A DNA stretch of 46,959 bases from a virus: UHGV virus genome UHGV-1362024; one strand, 5' to 3'. Shown here in pieces: positions 1-11,276 of the stretch (position 1 is its first letter; every line of letters begins with the position of its first letter). The translations under genes were made by a program, and so were the position numbers. A model generated the notes under the pieces. The model did no database searches. It was not told the origin of the DNA and saw nothing but the letters and a program-made list of their open reading frames with translations.

Positions 1-2393
1 TGTATTCCGTCAGAAGCAAACCATGAATGCGTAGAACCGTATGCATAATCTGCCGCATTCTCTCCGAAAATGTATTGCAGGTTTATAAATGTGCAATTAA
101 GATCTGCGGCTACCGTTCTGGCTCTGGCGGCCATTGAAGCCATCGATACCGGGTTGTCAGTTCTTTGGTTCTCACACGGCATGACAAACAGGATATCAGC
201 GCCGGGCAATGTCGCCCTGATGCGGGCGATAAAGGAGCGCAGGTTAGACTCAAATGCAGTAGCGCCACCAGTTATCCTCTGGTCATTTGTGCCGGTAATA
301 ATAATCACCGTATCAAGAGCTAATTCTGTTAAAGCCTTGCCAAAATCAGTAGCGTCCATAGATAACCATGATGCAAGACTTGAGCCAGACGCACCTAGCT
401 TATGAACGCTAACGCCTGCCCCTGTTCCTATTGGTTTTAATCCGCAAAGCGAAACTGTACCAGAAACGTTTTCTATATTTAGAACGTTAGACGCATTTAC
501 GGTCGCTGGCGGGTTAATATCGACAAAAAGCAATCCACTACCTTGCACGTTGAGCGTCGTCCACGCACCTCCATCCCAGTTATATCGAATAACACCGTCG
601 CTTGTACCGACAAACCCAAGGCGGCAAGTTGACCACCCGCCGTCCGAGGTGCCAGGGACCGTAGCCTTCAGTGCATCCCCTGGTGTAGAGGACGTAACAA
701 CAGCAGTATCTGGACTGGAGTTGGTTGGGTTTTTCGTGCCGCTATAACTAAACAACCATGATCCTGTCCATGTGAATTGCGTTGGCAGGTCGCTGCTGAC
801 TGAGAAAATGTTGCCGTTAATTATTGATGCGGATGTGCTGTGACGGCCGAATGATACCCAGCCAACACCAGGACCACTACCATATTTAGCACGAATCGCT
901 TTTGCTAAAGGTTTCGCGAATCTTTCGGTTAATGTTCCCCATGAATCGCCAAAAATACCAACATTAAGAATGGCCGATACACCGGCTTCTAGTTGCCCCA
1001 ATTTCATCCGAGTAACGCGAAGCTGATAGGCTCTCTCTACATAATCGACGACTGGGGCTGCTGTAGTTGGTATTAAAGACGGGTCCAGCTGTAATGCATA
1101 TGGCTGGTAACTTGTGGATTCATTACCTTTTTCGAATTGCATCGTATCGAGTACGGTATTTGCGACTGACATTCGTACATAAGCTGCCCCAACCGGAATA
1201 GTTAAAGTCCTGGCTGTTGATGGAGAGGCTAGCGCTTCAACGCCAGAAATATAATTTTTGTTTGCATCGTAGAACGCGGTTTGATGCGAAAAACTTTGGG
1301 TGTAATTCTCTCCGGCTATTACGGGAATATAGTCAGAAGCAGAATACGATGAGTTAGCGATTAAATTACCTGTCGGATAGTTAACGTAATACCCCGATGT
1401 GACGGCAGCTTTATCAAAAAGGTTAACTCCTGGAATGAAAAATGATGCTTTATCCACTGTGACGGCGGCCTTTTGAATTGAAGAAGTAGTCACAACGTTG
1501 TTTTGCAGAGGCACTGCATAGGGGGCCACGGGTCTACCAGGCACAGTTGGATGTGCTTCGGATGTAGCAGACATCAAAAACACTGCGTCCAGCTCTACCG
1601 TACCCGCATTAGCGGTGTTTTCGATACGCACATCCAGCATAACCGCCCCAGATGGGACTGTTAGAGTGCGCAAATACCGATTGAACCCTGTTCCGGTGGC
1701 GTATAATAAATCCTGTGTCCCTATAGCAGTACCAGACGCATTACGAAAAACAAAAGCAACGCGCCCACCAGCGTTGGCGTACCATGCGATAACATTTAAA
1801 GATATGGTATCCCCGACAGCCACGGCACAATCGGCGAGCCATAATCTGCGAGCGGCAATGGCGCCCGCGGCGGGGCCAGCCACAATAGCCGGGAAGCCTA
1901 ATTTAGCATTGGTCGACAAAGCCGCGGTTAACGTTCCGCTAACAATGTGTGTTTTGCTTCCCACGGTAGGATTGGATAGCAATACCTCAAATAGCGGATC
2001 AAACAAAACATTCAAACCGGAATCAACGGCTTTTGATGCTTTGTCTACTGATTGTTGTGACGGCATTGCACGACCAGTTGCTGTTAGAGTACCAGCTACA
2101 TTTTGATATTCCAGCGCCAGAGATGCACCCGAAGCATCGCGCACGTATGTGTAAGAGTTGACCGGTATATTAGCAATATCAGCCTGTGCATCAGAAAGTG
2201 TCATATATTGCTTACCAAGAGGAATAAGATTTTTTCTTACCCCATCAATGGTATATCTTTCCACGCCGAATCTATCAGTGTATTTCTCGCTATCTGAATT
2301 TACAATCTCATCAACTTTTTCGCAGTTGAATCTAAAATCATTCAGGTCATTAGATGGAATTGGCTTGTTAGTTGGGGTAGTAGCCATTGGCTG
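1..2393 (-). CDS. Tail fibre / tailspike protein with C-terminal SGNH (GDSL-type) esterase module; 3' end runs off the window start (797+ aa seen)
   Basis: Hand translation of the minus strand from ATG at 2393 (RBS GGAG 9 nt upstream) is open to position 1. No minus ORFs are listed here, as expected for an ORF with no stop in the window. It shows GDS block I (VGIFGDSWGT), GxND block III (IIITGTNDQR) and DGI(H) block V at the window edge. It sits directly downstream of the J-like gene. Confidence 0.8.
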
Positions 2394-2425
2394 CAATCTC
2401 CATAATCATTAATTGCCCTATTGTA

Positions 2426-4906
2426 TCATGCAACAGGGTTGGTGTAGGCGTACATGGCGTCATTGTACTCAGTTACTGTGAGAGACACTGTGCCATCTGT
2501 ACCTGGGGTTTTCTGGCTGACTGTCCATAACGTCGAGTCAAGCTCAACCTCTGTGGAGATAGCATATCTTGATTCCGACTGAACATTAACACCGTCAAAA
2601 ATGTTTAACTCGAAGTCAGATGGCAATGCGCACTCGAACGTGTTCAAACCGGTAATAGTGCAGGTAAGGCGTTCTGATACATTCCCATTGGCACCGGTGA
2701 TAACCACAAATAGGCCGCTTCCTGCCGTGAGCTGTTCACTGGTGGTAAATACGTTTCCAGACCTTGATCGGATAACGCCCGTCTGCTGCACTGAATCATA
2801 AATGTCGACAACAGAAATCATATCGCCAACGTTCACCCACTCACCATCAGCAAGTGCTTTTATCTCCATTCCACGGCGTGAGTACATGAGACGGTTGCAC
2901 TCAAGCATGGCCCGGTCTGTTGCCTGATGCAGGTTTCGAACATATAGCATGTCGAATTTTTTCGGTTTGGTTGGCTCTCCCGGCTCTATACCAGAAGTGC
3001 CAACTTTATAATAAACATAAGCCTGTTTGTTGGTGTTTGGGTCGCGGTACTGAACACTTACGCCATCATATGACCCCGGCAAAGTCATGTCATAAGACAT
3101 TTTATAGCCATCGGCCTTTGTGTTTCTGGTATTGAATACGGTTTCAGGAGTTGATTTTTCCTCATCCCTTGAGAAAGACAAGACACCATCATCCCAAAAA
3201 ACCGTTACGCGAGCTGCATCACAGATGGTCTGAATTCGCTCACCAATGGACTTATCCTCATCGTCAAAGGTGTAATCAAAATACCCAAGGCGCTCATCAG
3301 GCAGCGCATCAGCTATTTCATAGAGCCTTCCCACGTCAATGGTGCTTTCAGGCTGACCAGCGGTAATAAGCCAGTTATGCAGCACTGAATCTGCGAAACT
3401 TCTTGATGGACTTAACGTATAGTCGACTGTCCCGGCTGTTCTGTTGTATCCAATAGTCCAGCGGGTGATCAGCGCATTATATTTGCGCTCAGTAACTGAT
3501 GTTGGCTGAAGCGTAGCCTTCACTGTCACTTTAACAAGAGTGTCATCAGGATAAACCACATTCTCGCGGATGTTGATAGCGTGCGCCGCCTGCAACGTTA
3601 CGCGGTTGCCAGAGTTTGAGTTGTTTGTCCTTTCAATGCTGATGGCATACTTAGCCAGCCCATAAGCAGGAGTTAACTTATACGTGCGATAATAGTTTTT
3701 GGTTGTCTGATTGAATGGGTTGTCAATACTGTCTGCAAGCTGCTCCTCGGTTCCTGGAATGGCGTCTCCATTATCATCAACCGCCCATACCTTGATCAGA
3801 TAATCCGCCGTGCCACTGGTTGGCCCAAGCTCAGACTGAACATGAACCCATACCTGCGTCGATTCCACGGCTCCAACATATGGGCCAACAACGAGCGCCT
3901 CATTATCCACAATCTGGAAATAAGTATTGTTGATGGTTGCGCCGCTCAGGTTGCCAATATTTGCGCCAGTCAGGTTATTGAAGGTGAAATTATAAAAATA
4001 CTGAATATCAGGAATGACGCCTGTCTCAGTTTCCTCAGCTGAAATGATGTTGCCGCTGAGTTCGATATTTTTTGTTACAGGGCCAGATGTTGTATTGTAA
4101 GTAATATTTATTGTTAATGTTACTGAGTGTGGCAAAGATAGCCCCATAAAGTAATCAAAATCAGTATTTTTTGGTATGACCATTAACAGCTGACCGCCAG
4201 CATAATCACCGCTGGTAACAGATGTTGTTGTTGCAGACTCAACAGGAGTTGTATCCGATTCGTTTAGCCCTGGAACCTCCTGACCATCAAGCCCGTCGAA
4301 CTGATAAGGCTCAATGATTTGTCCAATCACATCACCTGGATTGTAGATGACATGAGTGGCGCCTGGCAGAGAGCCAAGGTTAGTTTCCGCATAGCGAACC
4401 GATGAAATGGTATATTTCCCAAGGCCAAAATTCATGAACTCGGTGACGTACTTCAGATCGTCAATGTATTCAAAAAGCGATTCCTGAATCAGGTCTGGAA
4501 ATGCCCTTACCTGACCGAAGTTGTCAGGTCTTGCCTCTCCGTTTCGCGCAATATTGGTTTGCGATTTCAGGCTGTTATTGGGTGATTCAACAGTCGTGCC
4601 GGTGCTGGTTGATGGCGTTGATGCTTTTGGCAGCAGAAAAGAAAGAACCTTAGTTACAGGCTTGAGTATCGTGCTGATAAGGTCGCCAATGGCGCCGCGA
4701 GGCTGACAGTAAATGTTAACAATATCGTTTTGCTTTAACGATATCGACAATTCATCATCAGGGCCAAAAATGCGGCCATTCAGTGCAATCCTGATATCAG
4801 ATGGAAGGCCGGAATTCTCCAGCCATCTCCACAGATTAGTGCCAGCAGGGACATTACCCGTCTCTTTTGGAACACCTGGCATCTTCTGAATGTGAATAAC
4901 CGGCAT
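2426..4906 (-). CDS. Tail tip / host-specificity protein (lambda gpJ-like central fibre), possibly with a gpI-like N-terminal segment
   Basis: 826-aa ORF downstream of the K/L/M-like genes in canonical lambda-like order. Its 5' end overlaps the K-like ORF by about 50 nt. Confidence 0.7.
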   Translation of the reverse strand: MPVIHIQKMPGVPKETGNVPAGTNLWRWLENSGLPSDIRIALNGRIFGPDDELSISLKQNDIVNIYCQPRGAIGDLISTILKPVTKVLSFLLPKASTPSTSTGTTVESPNNSLKSQTNIARNGEARPDNFGQVRAFPDLIQESLFEYIDDLKYVTEFMNFGLGKYTISSVRYAETNLGSLPGATHVIYNPGDVIGQIIEPYQFDGLDGQEVPGLNESDTTPVESATTTSVTSGDYAGGQLLMVIPKNTDFDYFMGLSLPHSVTLTINITYNTTSGPVTKNIELSGNIISAEETETGVIPDIQYFYNFTFNNLTGANIGNLSGATINNTYFQIVDNEALVVGPYVGAVESTQVWVHVQSELGPTSGTADYLIKVWAVDDNGDAIPGTEEQLADSIDNPFNQTTKNYYRTYKLTPAYGLAKYAISIERTNNSNSGNRVTLQAAHAINIRENVVYPDDTLVKVTVKATLQPTSVTERKYNALITRWTIGYNRTAGTVDYTLSPSRSFADSVLHNWLITAGQPESTIDVGRLYEIADALPDERLGYFDYTFDDEDKSIGERIQTICDAARVTVFWDDGVLSFSRDEEKSTPETVFNTRNTKADGYKMSYDMTLPGSYDGVSVQYRDPNTNKQAYVYYKVGTSGIEPGEPTKPKKFDMLYVRNLHQATDRAMLECNRLMYSRRGMEIKALADGEWVNVGDMISVVDIYDSVQQTGVIRSRSGNVFTTSEQLTAGSGLFVVITGANGNVSERLTCTITGLNTFECALPSDFELNIFDGVNVQSESRYAISTEVELDSTLWTVSQKTPGTDGTVSLTVTEYNDAMYAYTNPVA

Positions 4907-5333
4907 AAGTCAGGAACCTTAATTTTGTTGATAATTTTTCGAGTGTTTTAAGGCGGTCTGTCTTGACTGCCGTTTTCTCTCGCGCATGCAGTATTTTATC
5001 ACGCCCCCACCATAGCGCGACATGTACCGGATGACTCCCTCTATAGGCAACCACCACATCGCCAGCTTTTGGCTGTTCGGTATCTTTCCAGAATGAAACT
5101 TCTCCATTGAAACAAGTGACAAAATCGCCGCCACTTGAATATGAATTATCATGATGGACATTAACATTCATGCAAAGGCGATAGAACAGCACCACCAAAC
5201 CCCAGCAGTCCACTGCATCAACGTGACAACATCTGTCGACGTATGGCTTTCCAAGCATCATCCTTTCAAAATCGTCAAACGGTACGCAGTCCGGGAAATT
5301 CTGTGATGTCATAAAGTTTTGCCACGTTGCCAT
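4854..5333 (-). CDS. Tail assembly protein with NlpC/P60 peptidase fold (lambda gpK-like); true start probably internal (near 5261 or 5312)
   Basis: Catalytic-type Cys context [11 protein letters not shown] and downstream His (HVALWWG, ILHA). It sits between the L-like and J-like genes. The listed start overlaps the upstream gene by 58 nt. Confidence 0.7.
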   Translation of the reverse strand: MATWQNFMTSQNFPDCVPFDDFERMMLGKPYVDRCCHVDAVDCWGLVVLFYRLCMNVNVHHDNSYSSGGDFVTCFNGEVSFWKDTEQPKAGDVVVAYRGSHPVHVALWWGRDKILHAREKTAVKTDRLKTLEKLSTKLRFLTYAGYSHSEDARCSKRDG

Positions 5334-5745
5334 TAATTGGGTTTTTTATGGAGATGGAGACAGTTACATCAGACTGATCAAGCGTCACATCGTTCACATA
5401 AAGCGTATATGGTTTTAATGGTGTGTCTTTGTCGGTCTCGTCAAAACGCTGGTATAACGCAGTGATAGGCTCAATGCGTCCAGAACCTGACCATAACTTT
5501 AAATATTGCTTAAAGTCATTAGCCAGTCGCGCAAACTTCAGCGTGGCATTGATTACCGGTGTGTTCGATTGCTGGCTTCTGGTTACATCCATGCGCACTG
5601 GCTGGTAAGTATGACCGCCAAGTACAATATCAGAAAACTCATTGCCAACTAGCCGGACATAACCAAATGAAGAATGATAAAAGGTTATGGTGTCATACAG
5701 TTTCCAGTTTGGTCTTTTCGACTGGTATTCACGCAATGTTGGCAT
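5275..5745 (-). CDS. Minor tail protein (gpL-like)
   Basis: 156-aa ORF between the M-like and K-like genes; assignment is by position and size. Confidence 0.5.
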   Translation of the reverse strand: MPTLREYQSKRPNWKLYDTITFYHSSFGYVRLVGNEFSDIVLGGHTYQPVRMDVTRSQQSNTPVINATLKFARLANDFKQYLKLWSGSGRIEPITALYQRFDETDKDTPLKPYTLYVNDVTLDQSDVTVSISIKNPINGNVAKLYDITEFPGLRTV

Positions 5746-6215
5746 TATGGATACTCCGGCCAGTCTCTGTTAACAATTTCATCGAGCCACAATCTTTGGC
5801 TTGGTGGATATTCAACGATAATATCATCAGAGCCATCATCACTATTATTTAACGTTTTTGCTATCACGTTTCCTGTCCATGTTACGACGCCACCATTGAT
5901 GCTGGTTTGAACGGGATAGTCAGTAAAATGCAATGTCTGGTTTTGTCTTCCACTACCCCCAAGATCAACATCCATTGTAAACCATTCGTTGCATTTATTG
6001 AGATACTTGGGACTCCTTAACCACTGCATGAAAGCCCGGTCTTGCTCCAGAGTAAAAACCCACGTCAAACTCCATGTTACTGCAACATCGGTAGTTAACT
6101 TTTGAAATATTGGCGCCCCAACCGCAGGCTGATCGCTGCGGAATGTGGTTTGAGTCGTCATGTTCTTGCTGGCACGCTGCGCAAGCGGTAGCCATGATGG
6201 ATAAGGGATAGCCAT
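5745..6215 (-). CDS. Minor tail protein (gpM-like); listed ORF starts at 6263 but ATG at 6215 (MAIPYP, RBS GGAG) or 6227 is more likely
   Basis: First gene after the tape measure and GIY-YIG cassette. The late promoter element at 6241-6249 lies inside the listed 5' extension. Confidence 0.5.
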   Translation of the reverse strand: MAIPYPSWLPLAQRASKNMTTQTTFRSDQPAVGAPIFQKLTTDVAVTWSLTWVFTLEQDRAFMQWLRSPKYLNKCNEWFTMDVDLGGSGRQNQTLHFTDYPVQTSINGGVVTWTGNVIAKTLNNSDDGSDDIIVEYPPSQRLWLDEIVNRDWPEYP

Positions 6216-6240
6216 AGCGGTCTCCATTTTGTATTGTTGT

Positions 6241-6249
6241 ATTTTAGCA
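6241..6249 (-). promoter_or_regulatory. Extended -10 promoter element (TGCTAAAAT on minus strand) for the minor-tail operon
   Basis: Member of a family of TGnTAWAAT elements found upstream of each minus-strand structural block. Confidence 0.4.
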
Positions 6250-6351
6250 CGTTGATGGTACAATCACAGTGCAGCTAGTCCGGCCAGACGAAAAGATGAA
6301 CGTAGACATCCTGCTGCACCCTCAATCTACGAACCTGCTACGAGGTTGTTT

Positions 6352-7026
6352 ATGCCAGCAAAGATCACCATTGAAGAATTCATTTCTAGAGCCAAAGATG
6401 TTCACGGCAACAAGTATGACTACAATCTTGTAAAATTTAACAAAATTCATGACAAAGTATCTATAACATGCCGATACCACGGTGAGTTTATGCAAAGGGC
6501 TTATAGTCACCTTGCTGGATTTGGCTGTTCCATGTGTTCAGGAAAGAAGAAAATGAACTCCACTGGATTTGTCAGCAAGGCAATTTCTATCCATGGGGAT
6601 AAATATGGTTATAATAATGTTAAATATAAAAATAACCACACGCCTGTGACAATAACATGCATGAAGCATGGTGATTTCAAGCAGACTCCATCCGCGCACA
6701 TATCTGGAAAAGGATGCCCATCTTGCGCAGTTAGGGGATTTGATAGAAACAGAGTTTCTTTTGTGTACTTCTTGATGGGGGAGGGCTCGATAAAAGTTGG
6801 CGTTACAAAGGATATAAAAAATAGGGTCAGGCATTTGAAGATAGTTACTCCATTTGATTTTGATCTCATACATAAAATAAAAACAGATGGAGTTAAGGCT
6901 CGTAAAATTGAAAATTATTATCATAAGAAATACGAATCCAGTGGTTTTAAAGGCTTTAACGGCGCAACGGAGTGGCTTAAATATTCACCAGAACTTATGA
7001 ATGAGATAATGAAAGAAGCCCCGTAA
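6352..7026 (+). CDS. Putative homing endonuclease, GIY-YIG / T5orf172-type, with two N-terminal zinc-ribbon repeats
   Basis: GIY-YIG-like motifs: VSFVYFLMGEGSIKVGVT...R...IENYYH. Two repeats of HG-KY(D/G)Y...C..HG.F......H..G.GC..C. Plus-strand gene inserted between the TMP and minor tail genes. The listed start is TTG at 6346; ATG at 6352 has a GAGG RBS. Confidence 0.65.
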   Translation: MPAKITIEEFISRAKDVHGNKYDYNLVKFNKIHDKVSITCRYHGEFMQRAYSHLAGFGCSMCSGKKKMNSTGFVSKAISIHGDKYGYNNVKYKNNHTPVTITCMKHGDFKQTPSAHISGKGCPSCAVRGFDRNRVSFVYFLMGEGSIKVGVTKDIKNRVRHLKIVTPFDFDLIHKIKTDGVKARKIENYYHKKYESSGFKGFNGATEWLKYSPELMNEIMKEAP

Positions 7027-7041
7027 GGGGCTTTTTTTTAC
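7014..7041. terminator. Rho-independent terminator (GAAGCCCCGTAAGGGGCTTTTTTTT), usable in both directions
   Basis: GC hairpin plus T-run between the GIY-YIG gene end and the TMP gene end. Confidence 0.7.
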
Positions 7042-10000
7042 TCTGTAGCTCTTCTGTTGGTGCTGTAATTCCTTGAAATTGCCTGCCCAACAGCGCCTCC
7101 ATTGTCTATATCTGCGACGATTGTTTCAATTGTAATCGAGCCATCCCCATTGTCTCTCGCACTGGTAGTTGCTGTTGCTCCACTTGAATTATTATAAACA
7201 TTGTTATTTATAATCAAGCCACCACCAGAAGAACCGCCGGTTAGGTCTTTGTTGCTGATAACCTTTCCGTTGTCGCCAGGTATCATGTACTGATTGCCAT
7301 TGCTGGCTTGGAAGATTTCAGGCAGGTTATTCTCGCCGACCTGATACATTGATCCAGCCTGCGCCGGGCCGCCATTTTTCAATGCTCCAGCAACAGACAT
7401 GGCTTTAGCCACACCAACGGTGGAAACAATGCCAGCCTGTGCAGGGATTGCGTTAGCGCCAGCCGTGGCAAGCGAGGTCATTGCCGCTGCCGGCGCCATA
7501 GCCGCTGCTATTCCTGCCGCCTGAGCGGCGGTTGCGGCAGATGCTGCTGCCATTCCTGCCTGTCCCATTATTACTGATTTAAGCCACTCCACACCCATCT
7601 GAACGAAAGAGTTAATAACCGCATTTAACACATTACTCCCTATTGACTGTAGCGCCTCGCTAACAGACATTGAGCCAGTCAGAACACCGGTCAAGGCATT
7701 GCTTGCTGTTTGCCCAAAAGCATCAAATGCAGCAGCTGCTGCTTGCGTAGCCGCATTCTGCTGGCTCCACTCCTGCCACATGGCATCAAGGCGCTGCTGT
7801 CGATATTGCTCCTCAATAGCTGCTCTAGCCTGCTCAACCTCCGCTATCTTTTGCGGGTAAGCTACTGCGTAAGCATTGAGCGCTGCTAAATCCTTCTGAT
7901 AATTTGTTTCAACGGCAAACATTGGGGATGTCTGCGATTTTAATGCAGCGAACCCCTTGACAGCCTCGACTCTTTTTTTCTCTGCCTCTGCCTGAGCTTT
8001 GATCGCGTTGGCATTATCCCATGCCTTAGCCGCATATTGCCCGGCAAGATTAATCTGCTCCTGAGTGGCCCCCTTGCCAAGGGATTGCTGAGCAGCCAGT
8101 ATTGACTGTTCGCGGCTAAGCTCTCTTGTACTTTCAGCGGTAAGCAGTGACGTCTGGCGAAGCTGCTCAAGTTTATTGGCGATATTCTCCTGCTCTGTGG
8201 CTGCCTTGTTGGCCGCTGACTGAGAATCATTTTGCGCTTTTTCTCTTGCTTTCTCAGCCTCATTTAAATCATATATCTGCCCTGCAAGCTCACCAGCTCT
8301 GGCTATCTGATTGGGGTTATCAGTTACCTTAGCTGCCTCCATTCTCGCCTTTGTTACTGCCCTTTGTCTTTCATCCTGTATTTTTAAAAGTTGGTTTTGC
8401 TCCTCAAGATTGAGGATTATCTTGTCAGCTTCTTCTGTTGGGGGCGACACTTGCAAGGATTTTGGGTTGAAGTTTTGGCCTGCCTGATTTGCTCGGTTTA
8501 TCTCATCGGCAGTCAGGCCAAATGCTCTTGCTACAGCGCCCTGCACTCTCTCAAGGGTCGAACCTTTCTCAATCAGACCATCATGCACACCCATGGACGT
8601 GAGCATGTTGTTTGTAAGGGTCCTGCTTGCTTCGGCTGCTGTTTCCTGAGTTCTTGCTAGTTTTTCCTGAGCGTCAGCTAAATCTCTTGATTTTTTATTT
8701 AATTCATTGAGTACCCTTTCCTGTTCAGAAGCAAATTGCGACCCTTGACCAAGTGATTCAGCCACCTCTTGCGCGGCAGGAGTGAAGCTAAGATACCTCT
8801 CACGAAGTGCATCAACTTCACTTTGCAGATTTCTCACAGCATCCTTTTGAGCCGAAATTGAAATATTGGCGTCAGCTATCACCCCCCTGAGTTGGGTATT
8901 ATTCATCGCCTTCATTGAGTCGTTTACTTTGTCCAGACTATCGGCAAAGCGGATTGCTTCTTCTCTGGCTTGCTGTGCTTTCTGCCAAAAGTAAAATATT
9001 GCCCCCGCTGCTAACATCGCCGCGCCTGCTGGCCCGCCGATCAATGAAAGCGCACCTCTGGCAAGGCCAATTCCTACCGATGCAGCGCTTGCCGCGGATG
9101 CTGCTCTCGCTGATGCCGTAGCCTGTGCGTTTTCAGCCTGAGCAAGGGATAGTGACGCGGCACTAGCTCTTGATTTTGCTGCAACCAGAGCATCAAGCGC
9201 CAGCATCTCTGCGGCGCTGCCTTTGGCGGCCTCATATTCAGCCTTGGCCACCGACAAAGATGTTAGCGCCGCCTCTTTATCAGCGAAAGCTTTTCTCTGG
9301 GTGGCATTGGCGGCAAAGAGTGCAGATTGTGCCTGCTGATTCTCAGCTATTAATTGCTGTCTTGATGCCGCTATATCTGATATTTTCGCGGCAGTGGACA
9401 TTGCCAGCGCGCCAACATAACGGCCCCCCATTACGCCAGCTACAATGGTTAGTGCTGTGCCGAGGGCCTGAATGTTTTCACTTGCCAGTATCACTAAATC
9501 GCTAAAGATTTTTACGCCTGTTTTTACCGTTGCGTTTTCCCCAAAGAATCTTGCAACGTTATTTCCGGCTATCTCCAGAGACTGGCTGATGGTAGAAGTT
9601 GTTTTGGCGAACTCTCTCCCAATACTGTCTCCCTGCGAAAGAAGGCCATTAACTATAACATCAGTTGTCAATTTGCCTTGGGCGGCCATATTTCTAAGCT
9701 CACCGATGCCAACACCCAGAGAGTCGGCAAGAGCTATCATGAGCCGGTTTCCCTGCTCGTTTACTGAGTTAAACTCATCTCCTCGAAGGGCGCCAGATGC
9801 CATGCCTTGTGCAAGCTGTATAATTGCGTTGCTCGCCTCCTCAGCTGACGCTCCTGATACAACAAAACCCTGATTGATTATTGTTGTCAGCCTTGTCAGG
9901 TCTTCCACGCTTACGCCATAGCTTCTGGTAGACCTCTCCAGCCTGGCATATAAGGTGGCCGTTGCATCCAGTCCTGAGCGTGTTTTCTGCGCGATATCAA

Positions 10001-10337
10001 AAACACGATTAGTTACATCGGCAAGGGTTTCAAACGGCGGAACCGAGTCTCTCACGGCGTTAGAGAGTTTGTTACTCATATCCTGCCACGCCTGAGCATA
10101 GGCCCCGACCTGTTGCACGGAAAGTGCTGCAAGCAATCCCTTTGCGACACCAGTGAGGCTCGACATGGTTCCTTCCATTGAGCTTATAGAGCGCTCCGTC
10201 CTGTTTACACTAGCCTCAAGTCGCCCCATGTTTCCGCTGAGGTCATTTAGCATCGACTCTATTTCACGACTGCCAGCCGCTAACTGAGATGTATCAATGC
10301 CAACCTCATAGACAATGCCGCCAACTTCTTCTGCCAT
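7038..10337 (-). CDS. Tail tape measure protein
   Basis: 1099-aa ORF, Ala/Gln-rich coiled-coil composition, positioned between the chaperone and minor tail genes. Confidence 0.9.
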   Translation of the reverse strand: MAEEVGGIVYEVGIDTSQLAAGSREIESMLNDLSGNMGRLEASVNRTERSISSMEGTMSSLTGVAKGLLAALSVQQVGAYAQAWQDMSNKLSNAVRDSVPPFETLADVTNRVFDIAQKTRSGLDATATLYARLERSTRSYGVSVEDLTRLTTIINQGFVVSGASAEEASNAIIQLAQGMASGALRGDEFNSVNEQGNRLMIALADSLGVGIGELRNMAAQGKLTTDVIVNGLLSQGDSIGREFAKTTSTISQSLEIAGNNVARFFGENATVKTGVKIFSDLVILASENIQALGTALTIVAGVMGGRYVGALAMSTAAKISDIAASRQQLIAENQQAQSALFAANATQRKAFADKEAALTSLSVAKAEYEAAKGSAAEMLALDALVAAKSRASAASLSLAQAENAQATASARAASAASAASVGIGLARGALSLIGGPAGAAMLAAGAIFYFWQKAQQAREEAIRFADSLDKVNDSMKAMNNTQLRGVIADANISISAQKDAVRNLQSEVDALRERYLSFTPAAQEVAESLGQGSQFASEQERVLNELNKKSRDLADAQEKLARTQETAAEASRTLTNNMLTSMGVHDGLIEKGSTLERVQGAVARAFGLTADEINRANQAGQNFNPKSLQVSPPTEEADKIILNLEEQNQLLKIQDERQRAVTKARMEAAKVTDNPNQIARAGELAGQIYDLNEAEKAREKAQNDSQSAANKAATEQENIANKLEQLRQTSLLTAESTRELSREQSILAAQQSLGKGATQEQINLAGQYAAKAWDNANAIKAQAEAEKKRVEAVKGFAALKSQTSPMFAVETNYQKDLAALNAYAVAYPQKIAEVEQARAAIEEQYRQQRLDAMWQEWSQQNAATQAAAAAFDAFGQTASNALTGVLTGSMSVSEALQSIGSNVLNAVINSFVQMGVEWLKSVIMGQAGMAAASAATAAQAAGIAAAMAPAAAMTSLATAGANAIPAQAGIVSTVGVAKAMSVAGALKNGGPAQAGSMYQVGENNLPEIFQASNGNQYMIPGDNGKVISNKDLTGGSSGGGLIINNNVYNNSSGATATTSARDNGDGSITIETIVADIDNGGAVGQAISRNYSTNRRATE

Positions 10338-11044
10338 TATTTTGCTCCTTTGTTTTTAGCGGCCTTTCTGGCGGCTTTCTCTTTCAGTTTCTGTTTATTC
10401 AGTTTGGCCCGTTCATAAGACGCATCATACTGCTCGCGCGTCATGCCTTCCGGTTCCGGGTATTTTGATTTTATCATCTGCTGATACTCGGTCATGGTCA
10501 GGTCTTCGGCTTCCTCACGGGTGATTCCGAAATGAGTGCGAGCAGAGATGATGTAATCCGACATTCTCAACTCACTGGTTGTGCGCTTTTGGTTTTCCGA
10601 GCGCTGAGGAACCTTGAGCGGAGACTTGCCGATGATGCCATGCTCCATCAGGTTTCGAGCAATAATAATAATGTCATTAACTGGCATTCGTCCGGTGACG
10701 TACTTAACACCGCGCGGAGTCGGCTTCCATGATCCAATGAGCACCGAGATATCATCATCGCAACAGGACTGCATGATGAGGCAGGCGGCGCTGAGCACTT
10801 TCTTGCCATAGGCAGGACGTGACAGGATTTTTGCCACCTGAATCTGCGCGCCATATGGCATTGATTGAATGGCGCCGAGTATGGCCGCGTATTCATAGCC
10901 ATTAAGCGTAGCGTACATCTCGACAATCTCTTTCGGTGAGCCAAGCTCATTCATCGCCGCAAATGATGGTTTGAAGAAAAAAGACTTGTCAGCCAGGGAG
11001 ATGCGCATCTCTCCGATTTCTGTTAGCGGTGTGCGTTGTCTCAT
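10337..11044 (-). CDS. Tail assembly chaperone (gpG/GT-like)
   Basis: 235-aa ORF immediately upstream of the TMP, with a basic C-terminus. A possible frameshift product was not examined. Confidence 0.5.
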   Translation of the reverse strand: MRQRTPLTEIGEMRISLADKSFFFKPSFAAMNELGSPKEIVEMYATLNGYEYAAILGAIQSMPYGAQIQVAKILSRPAYGKKVLSAACLIMQSCCDDDISVLIGSWKPTPRGVKYVTGRMPVNDIIIIARNLMEHGIIGKSPLKVPQRSENQKRTTSELRMSDYIISARTHFGITREEAEDLTMTEYQQMIKSKYPEPEGMTREQYDASYERAKLNKQKLKEKAARKAAKNKGAK

Positions 11045-11072
11045 GTCTAAATCCTGTTTTCATAATGACGTA

Positions 11073-11081
11073 ATTATACCA
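11073..11081 (-). promoter_or_regulatory. Extended -10 promoter element (TGGTATAAT on minus strand) for the chaperone/TMP operon
   Basis: The minus strand reads cctgtcaaTGGTATAATtacg about 30 nt upstream of the chaperone ATG. Confidence 0.45.
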
Positions 11082-11098
11082 TTGACAGGAGACGCAAG

Positions 11099-11130
11099 AC
11101 TGACGTAGATTGAAAGCATAAGGTGATTAA
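11099..11130 (+). promoter_or_regulatory. Plus-strand promoter of the TGACGTAGATTGA family (copy 1)
   Basis: cTGACGTAGATTGAaagcataagGTGATTaag, immediately upstream of the 11142 ORF. Confidence 0.45.
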
Positions 11131-11141
11131 GGGTTTGACAT

Positions 11142-11276
11142 ATGAACGAGACTGATGCTGATTTGAGATTTTACATTGACCTGTACGTTGATTGCGGGTT
11201 TACCTATGATGAGGCCGAGTTGATGGCGAAAAAATTACTTGCAATGGTAGGGGTGACATTCGATGAAAATAACTGA
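11142..11276 (+). CDS. Small hypothetical protein (44 aa)
   Basis: Unlisted short ORF (MNETDADLRFYIDLYVDCGF...); its stop overlaps the HNH start. Confidence 0.3.
   Translation: MNETDADLRFYIDLYVDCGFTYDEAELMAKKLLAMVGVTFDENN

Noticed and set aside
70-2412. Plus-strand ORFs 70-405, 550-747, 1615-2106, 2103-2297, 2158-2412
   Set aside because: They lie antisense to the long minus-strand tail-fibre ORF, which is open from 2393 to the window edge. Low-complexity translations; no RBS context.
7940-9873. Plus- and minus-strand alternative-frame ORFs inside the tape measure gene (7940-8263, 8147-8332, 8391-8660, 8915-9121, 9170-9505, 9472-9873)
   Set aside because: Embedded in or antisense to the 1099-aa TMP ORF. 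Ala/Arg/Pro-rich artefacts of GC-rich repetitive coding sequence.
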